This document shows, piece by piece, positions 59,973 through 64,000 of a stretch of DNA of 64,000 nucleotides (its first letter is position 1; each line of letters begins with the position of its first letter). The notes beneath the pieces are model-generated. The model was not told where the DNA came from and did not search any database. It was given only the letters and a program-made list of their open reading frames with translations. Both the position numbers and the translations under genes were made by a program. The DNA is from an uncultured Synechococcaceae cyanobacterium (GTDB lineage Bacteria; Cyanobacteriota; Cyanobacteriia; PCC-6307; Cyanobiaceae), in contig CACGPQ010000001.1 of NCBI GenBank assembly GCA_902574955.1, positions 3,706 through 67,705 on the forward strand. The letters run 5' to 3'.

Positions 59973-60086
59973 TTTAGGAAATATTAAAACCTTGCTTATA
60001 CTATCTATTCAATATTTATTTTTTTGAGAAATATTTAGTAAAAATTACTCTCGCAGAATTTTTTTAAAGATGTTATTGTTCATTTA

Positions 60087-60146
60087 CGTTCATCCAAGTT
60101 TATATCTCTGGACGCATGAAATGAGAGTAGGGAACGGGATTCTCAT
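60087..60146 (+). ncRNA. Glutamine-II (Downstream-peptide/Yfr6-like) riboswitch
   Basis: CGTTC pairs with GAACG, TCCA/TGGA hairpin followed by CGCA, ATGAGA/TCTCAT stem and GGAACGGG motif; lies 15 nt upstream of an ATG. Confidence 0.8.
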
Positions 60147-60161
60147 TAACTGCAAAAGACC

Positions 60162-60332
60162 ATGAATAACCTCTTACAAATAAGAGAAAAAATCAAAAGA
60201 GCCAATAGGCTATATGAAGCTCAACTTTTGGCTACTAAAAGTGGAGAATTTACTCCATACAGGAGATCCGTCTTTGAAGAAAGAATCAGGAAAATACAAG
60301 AAGAAATGAAATTGAAAGACTCAAAAAATTAA
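60162..60332 (+). CDS. Small basic protein (56 aa) downstream of the riboswitch, not in the ORF track
   Basis: MNNLLQIREKIKRANRLYEAQLLATKSGEFTPYRRSVFEERIRKIQEEMKLKDSKN. Confidence 0.75.
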   Translation: MNNLLQIREKIKRANRLYEAQLLATKSGEFTPYRRSVFEERIRKIQEEMKLKDSKN

Positions 60333-60357
60333 ATTCTTTTTTGAAACTGATCAATCT

Positions 60358-60385
60358 AGAGGGGGTATTGTCCCTCTCTTTTTTT
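60358..60385 (+). terminator. Rho-independent terminator
   Basis: AGAGGGGG-TATTG-TCCCTCTC-T7. Confidence 0.8.
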
Positions 60386-60524
60386 ATTTTTATAAAAACA
60401 ACGTAATTATTAATTTATTTTTTCGATTATCGATTATTAAAAAGAACATAATTTTGATGCTTTTACTATTGATTTAAATTATATAAATGGCAAATTTAAT
60501 TCAGTAATTAAGAGGTAAATAAAT

Positions 60525-60815
60525 ATGTTTAAAAAGAAAAATAAACAAATTAAAACCGCACCCAATAAATCAAATTTAGAACAAGTTTTATGGTTTATAG
60601 AAAATTATTTGCCCCAAAAGAAAGATCGAGGTGTTCAAAAAAAATTGTATTTGGATAATCTAGAAGTAGAGACTATTAAGATATTTTCTAAATTAACCTC
60701 TACAAGTTCTAAAACATTATTTCCAACTACAAAAAATAAGACAATCTCTTTTACCTTTGGTAATTGGGCCTTGCCTTACCTGAAATTGCTTAAGAAAATA
60801 GGAATAGCTAAGTAA
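60525..60815 (+). CDS. Hypothetical protein
   Basis: GAGG RBS, 96 aa. Confidence 0.6.
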   Translation: MFKKKNKQIKTAPNKSNLEQVLWFIENYLPQKKDRGVQKKLYLDNLEVETIKIFSKLTSTSSKTLFPTTKNKTISFTFGNWALPYLKLLKKIGIAK

Positions 60816-60970
60816 GAAAATTGTGATCGGCTAAAAGTAGATTTATCCCGCAAATAAAAATAAATAAAGATTAAAAAAGTTTCTGAAAGTTATTTTAGAA
60901 ATTTAAGGAGGAATACTTACTTTACATAAAAAATACAATTGCTAAATTTAAAATAAGAGATCTATTGATT

Positions 60971-61117
60971 ATGTTCCTAAATTATCTACCTAGTGAAATG
61001 GTTGAAGTTGTTGGCTTGACAATGATTTTTTCATTTCTAGTTGGAACTATATTAATTTTGTTATTTACATCAGATCAGGCAAATACAAAGAATCTATATT
61101 TAAAGAAGGCTAAATAA
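60971..61117 (+). CDS. Small membrane protein (48 aa), not in the ORF track
   Basis: MFLNYLPSEMVEVVGL... with one TM helix. Confidence 0.55.
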   Translation: MFLNYLPSEMVEVVGLTMIFSFLVGTILILLFTSDQANTKNLYLKKAK

Positions 61118-61223
61118 ATTTTAAATAATTTGTTTATCCATAAAGGACTTCTGTTTTTAATAAAGTTAACTCGCAGGTGTAGAACATAATTTTTAATATT
61201 GATATATAAACAAATTTAAGATT

Positions 61224-61424
61224 ATGGGCGAAGCTAAAAGAAGAGAAGAATTAGGATTACCACCTAGACAAAAAAAAATTGAATTAAATAAATCTGACAG
61301 ATATCTTTCATGGCTTCCAATTACTAAATCAAGAATCAAGAAATACCCTTATATGGGTGTAGCAACAATGGCACTAGGAGCGATAATTTTCTTAGTAAGT
61401 GGGGGCGCAAATAGTATTAATTAG
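61224..61424 (+). CDS. DUF2839 family protein, second copy
   Basis: MGEAKRR start and WLPITK motif. Confidence 0.82.
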   Translation: MGEAKRREELGLPPRQKKIELNKSDRYLSWLPITKSRIKKYPYMGVATMALGAIIFLVSGGANSIN

Positions 61425-61452
61425 TTAGATTTTAGCTTGGCTTAGAATATAT

Positions 61453-61713
61453 CTAAGATTTTTTTTGTAATAGTTTAACGCCAGATATTATTGAGATTAT
61501 TGAAGCTATACCTAGAAATATCGAGTAAAAAGGTTGCAAATTAATAATGCCAAAATTACCTGTATGCCATTTTATTAACCAAAAAGCATCTATCCCTAGT
61601 GGCTGAACAATACTATAAATAGTCCCAGATACAATAGTAATTAGTAATGGGATTGCTGAAATTGCGGTTATTTTCCTATGAATTTTTCTTTGATTTGTTT
61701 TTAATTTTTCCAT
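61453..61713 (-). CDS. PepSY-associated TM domain protein
   Basis: RKIHRK...SGT...WHTG pattern. Confidence 0.75.
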   Translation of the reverse strand: MEKLKTNQRKIHRKITAISAIPLLITIVSGTIYSIVQPLGIDAFWLIKWHTGNFGIINLQPFYSIFLGIASIISIISGVKLLQKKS

Positions 61714-61935
61714 CTATTTCCTCAAATAGAAATGTAATTCTTTTTCGTTTTTGCATGGCATCCATTTATCTTTATTCTTATGTATTCCTTCGCAACCAAC
61801 TTCTAAAGATCTTTTTTTGGCGTCCTCTTCAGAAAGAAATGTACCCCTCATATGTGCATACGAATAACTATTGAAATTTAGAAATAAGGAAAATAAAAAA
61901 ATAAAAAATTTAAAATTTCTAAGAAAAATATGCAT
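61714..61935 (-). CDS. DUF3721-like small secreted protein
   Basis: Signal peptide, GCEGIH and WMPC motifs. Confidence 0.72.
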   Translation of the reverse strand: MHIFLRNFKFFIFLFSLFLNFNSYSYAHMRGTFLSEEDAKKRSLEVGCEGIHKNKDKWMPCKNEKELHFYLRK

Positions 61936-61956
61936 TATTTCAAATAAGTATTTGTA

Positions 61957-62466
61957 TTAAGGAGAGATTTTATCAAATATTTTTGTTTTGCCAGTTTTAC
62001 TAAATGAAACTACTTTGTAGTTCTCATAATCATGAGAGTGAGAATGCATTTCCATCCCTGGAGAGCCAAGTGGCATGCCAGGAACTGCTATCCCATTGAT
62101 ATTTGGTTTTTCTCTAAAAAGTTTGTTGATTGATTCAATCGGGACATGTCCTTCAATCGTATAGTTAGCTATTTGAGCAGAATGACATGATCTCAGATTA
62201 TTGGGAATTTGATATTGGTTTTTAATTACTGAAACATCCTCAACTATATTATCAACAACTTCTAATCCATTATTTCTAAAATGATTGATCCATTTTTTGC
62301 AACAACCACATGATTCTGATCTGTAAGAAACAACTTTTGGGATGTCTATATTTTCTTGAGTTAAAGCAATACTCTTATTTGGATTAATTATATTTGTAAA
62401 AAGAATTCCATAAAAAATTAGATAATTTAAAAATCCTCTTTTCATCAATATTTTATTAAGTGCCAT
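61957..62466 (-). CDS. DUF411 (CopG-like) metal-binding protein
   Basis: CGCCKKW, SCHSA, EGHVP and PGMPLGSPGME motifs. Confidence 0.88.
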   Translation of the reverse strand: MALNKILMKRGFLNYLIFYGILFTNIINPNKSIALTQENIDIPKVVSYRSESCGCCKKWINHFRNNGLEVVDNIVEDVSVIKNQYQIPNNLRSCHSAQIANYTIEGHVPIESINKLFREKPNINGIAVPGMPLGSPGMEMHSHSHDYENYKVVSFSKTGKTKIFDKISP

Positions 62467-62527
62467 AATAATTACGAAGATTAAATTTAATATTTAGATT
62501 AAACATAAATGAAAATTTATTAAATCG

Positions 62528-62980
62528 CTATTTAATCAAAATTAAGACACTCATAATTGCCATTAAAAGATTTTCGATAAAACTAATAATTCCCAAAGGA
62601 GTTTTTGCATATCCACCAATACATGCACAATTTAATTTTAATTTATCCAAATAAACAGCCTTAAAAACTGAAAGCATTCCAGAAATTCCTAAAATTAGGG
62701 CAATAAAAATAATTAAAGAGGGTGGAGAAGAATTAAGAAAACTTATTCCGATTAATAATTCGCAAAAAGGATAAATATATATCCAGCCATCAAATTTAGA
62801 AGATATTAAATCATATTTCTTATAACTTTTTCCAAAAGCTTCAATATCCATAAGCTTGAGCATCGCTAAAAGACAAATTGATATCCCCATAAAAATTTGG
62901 AAACTTTTAAGCAATGAAATGGTTATCAGAAATGAAGTACCAAAGACTACAATTAAGGGGGTAAATGACTTAATCTGCAT
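62528..62980 (-). CDS. MauE/DoxX family redox-associated membrane protein
   Basis: YPFCEL, CACIGG and ENLLM motifs. Confidence 0.85.
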   Translation of the reverse strand: MQIKSFTPLIVVFGTSFLITISLLKSFQIFMGISICLLAMLKLMDIEAFGKSYKKYDLISSKFDGWIYIYPFCELLIGISFLNSSPPSLIIFIALILGISGMLSVFKAVYLDKLKLNCACIGGYAKTPLGIISFIENLLMAIMSVLILIK

Positions 62981-62982
62981 TT

Positions 62983-63213
62983 TTAACTTTTAAGGATAGA
63001 GTCACAAATACTAGATGGATTAGCTTGTTTAACTATTTTTAGTCTTTTGATAAGTTTGTCTCTTTCTATTTGATGTTTTAAATATTTAATACATAGATTT
63101 TTTTCCTTATATACCATTGCTATTGGAGCAATCTTTAAAGCTATGGCAAAAGTACCGATAACTAAAAGAATGTTTATGGCTAATCTAATATTTGGTCGAA
63201 AATTTGATCTCAT
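62983..63213 (-). CDS. Hypothetical membrane-anchored protein with two Cys
   Basis: 76 aa; ATGA overlap with the upstream ORF. Confidence 0.7.
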   Translation of the reverse strand: MRSNFRPNIRLAINILLVIGTFAIALKIAPIAMVYKEKNLCIKYLKHQIERDKLIKRLKIVKQANPSSICDSILKS

Positions 63214-63326
63214 TCGTATATTTTATTATGGTCTATAACTTCCCTTAAATATAAATCTTTTAGCTCGTCGTTGTATCCATTTTCTTTTGCAAATTTCTCT
63301 AATTCCTGCAGCGCTTTTTCTGTCAT
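63210..63326 (-). CDS. Small protein (38 aa), not in the ORF track
   Basis: MTEKALQELEKFAKENGYND...; coupled on both sides (TAATG and ATGA). Confidence 0.65.
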   Translation of the reverse strand: MTEKALQELEKFAKENGYNDELKDLYLREVIDHNKIYE

Positions 63327-63469
63327 TAAACAGATTTGGGTATATTGTTTTTCATATCTTCAATTTTGTTGATTAATTCATCGAACCATTCTGTATCATT
63401 TTCGGATCTTTTATGAAAATATGTGATTTTAGGTTGATTAATTTCTAATGTCTCATAATCGCCACTCAT
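63326..63469 (-). CDS. Small protein (47 aa), not in the ORF track
   Basis: AGGGGGA RBS; MSGDYETLEINQPKITYF.... Confidence 0.7.
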   Translation of the reverse strand: MSGDYETLEINQPKITYFHKRSENDTEWFDELINKIEDMKNNIPKSV

Positions 63470-63613
63470 AAATTCCCCCTAAATTTATACTCTGCATAAT
63501 TTATCTAGAGAAATTATGCCCATCAATAGGCTCTAATACTTATTTGACATTTACCATGGGGATCAAGTCACTTTTTTAATAGTATATATATCAAGTAATT
63601 TATCTCCCAAAAA

Positions 63614-63718
63614 ATGGCAACTAATGAAGAACTGGCAAAAAGAATTGAGACTTTAGAAAAAGAAGTACAACACCTAAAAGCTGTTATGCAGTATCAAATG
63701 AGAAATAAGAAAAAGTGA
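63614..63718 (+). CDS. Small coiled-coil protein (34 aa), not in the ORF track
   Basis: MATNEELAKRIETLEKEVQHLKAVMQYQMRNKKK shows a heptad pattern. Confidence 0.55.
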   Translation: MATNEELAKRIETLEKEVQHLKAVMQYQMRNKKK

Positions 63719-63900
63719 TTTATTCTTATCTCATAGCAATTACTTTTAGTTAAACAAGCATTTCCTCTTGGTAGTTTTGTGCATGTAATGTCAAAGCTAA
63801 ATATTAAAAATTAGTCAATAACTTGGTAATTTTAAAAAAATAATTTTTAATCATTGATATTTAGAACATATTTGTTTTTATATGTATAAAAGTACTTGAT

Positions 63901-64000
63901 ATGATTAACTCCATAGCTATTACATTGTTATTATTGGGATCTTTAGTTGCTTACAAAAGACTCAAAAGAAAGAAACGGCGATTTCACGCACCGCCTACTA
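63901..64000 (+). CDS. Possible small membrane protein, truncated by the window end
   Basis: MINSIAITLLLLGSLVAYKRLKRKKRR.... Confidence 0.4.
   Translation, partial: MINSIAITLLLLGSLVAYKRLKRKKRRFHAPPT

Larger units (their letters stand above)
40861..64000. mobile_element. Hypervariable genomic island; no integrase in the window, right end beyond the window
   Basis: Abrupt change after ychF from housekeeping genes to a giant repeat gene, multicopy hli genes and many short hypothetical ORFs. Confidence 0.7.

Noticed and set aside
950-61874. Many 60-110 aa ORFs antisense to or nested in known genes (for example 950-1156, 16312-16614, 21035-21367, 26830-27135, 33681-34016, 44712-46238, 55606-55890)
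   Set aside because: Shadow ORFs of well-supported genes, with no RBS or motif support.

Overview
Low-GC (about 30% by eye) marine picocyanobacterial DNA, most consistent with a high-light Prochlorococcus. The call rests on a Pcb antenna gene, the D2 loop insertion, multicopy hli genes and a Yfr2 sRNA. Positions 1-40.9 kb are mostly core genome: an iron-stress neighbourhood (isiB-pcb, porin, piuC, futA), tRNA-Ser(CGA), cobQ-maf, psbD-psbC, ycf4, ilvN, petM, infA, NTRC-type trxB, pntAB, dxr, cysS, polA and ychF. A 2 kb mini-island follows the tRNA and holds a CP12-like microprotein, a rhomboid protease, a decayed gene and a Yfr2 sRNA. From the ychF stop codon to the window end (40.9-64 kb) lies a hypervariable island. 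It carries a 1922-aa surface protein (14 mosaic LVIVD-type repeats, SwmB-like, Ig and cadherin repeats, a metzincin protease), an hli cluster, selO, an NSS transporter, a putative metal-handling operon and many microproteins missed by the ORF track. One 56-aa ORF lies under a glutamine-II (Downstream-peptide) riboswitch. No CRISPR array, integrase, transposase or rRNA was seen. All family assignments come from motif recognition by eye, not from database searches.
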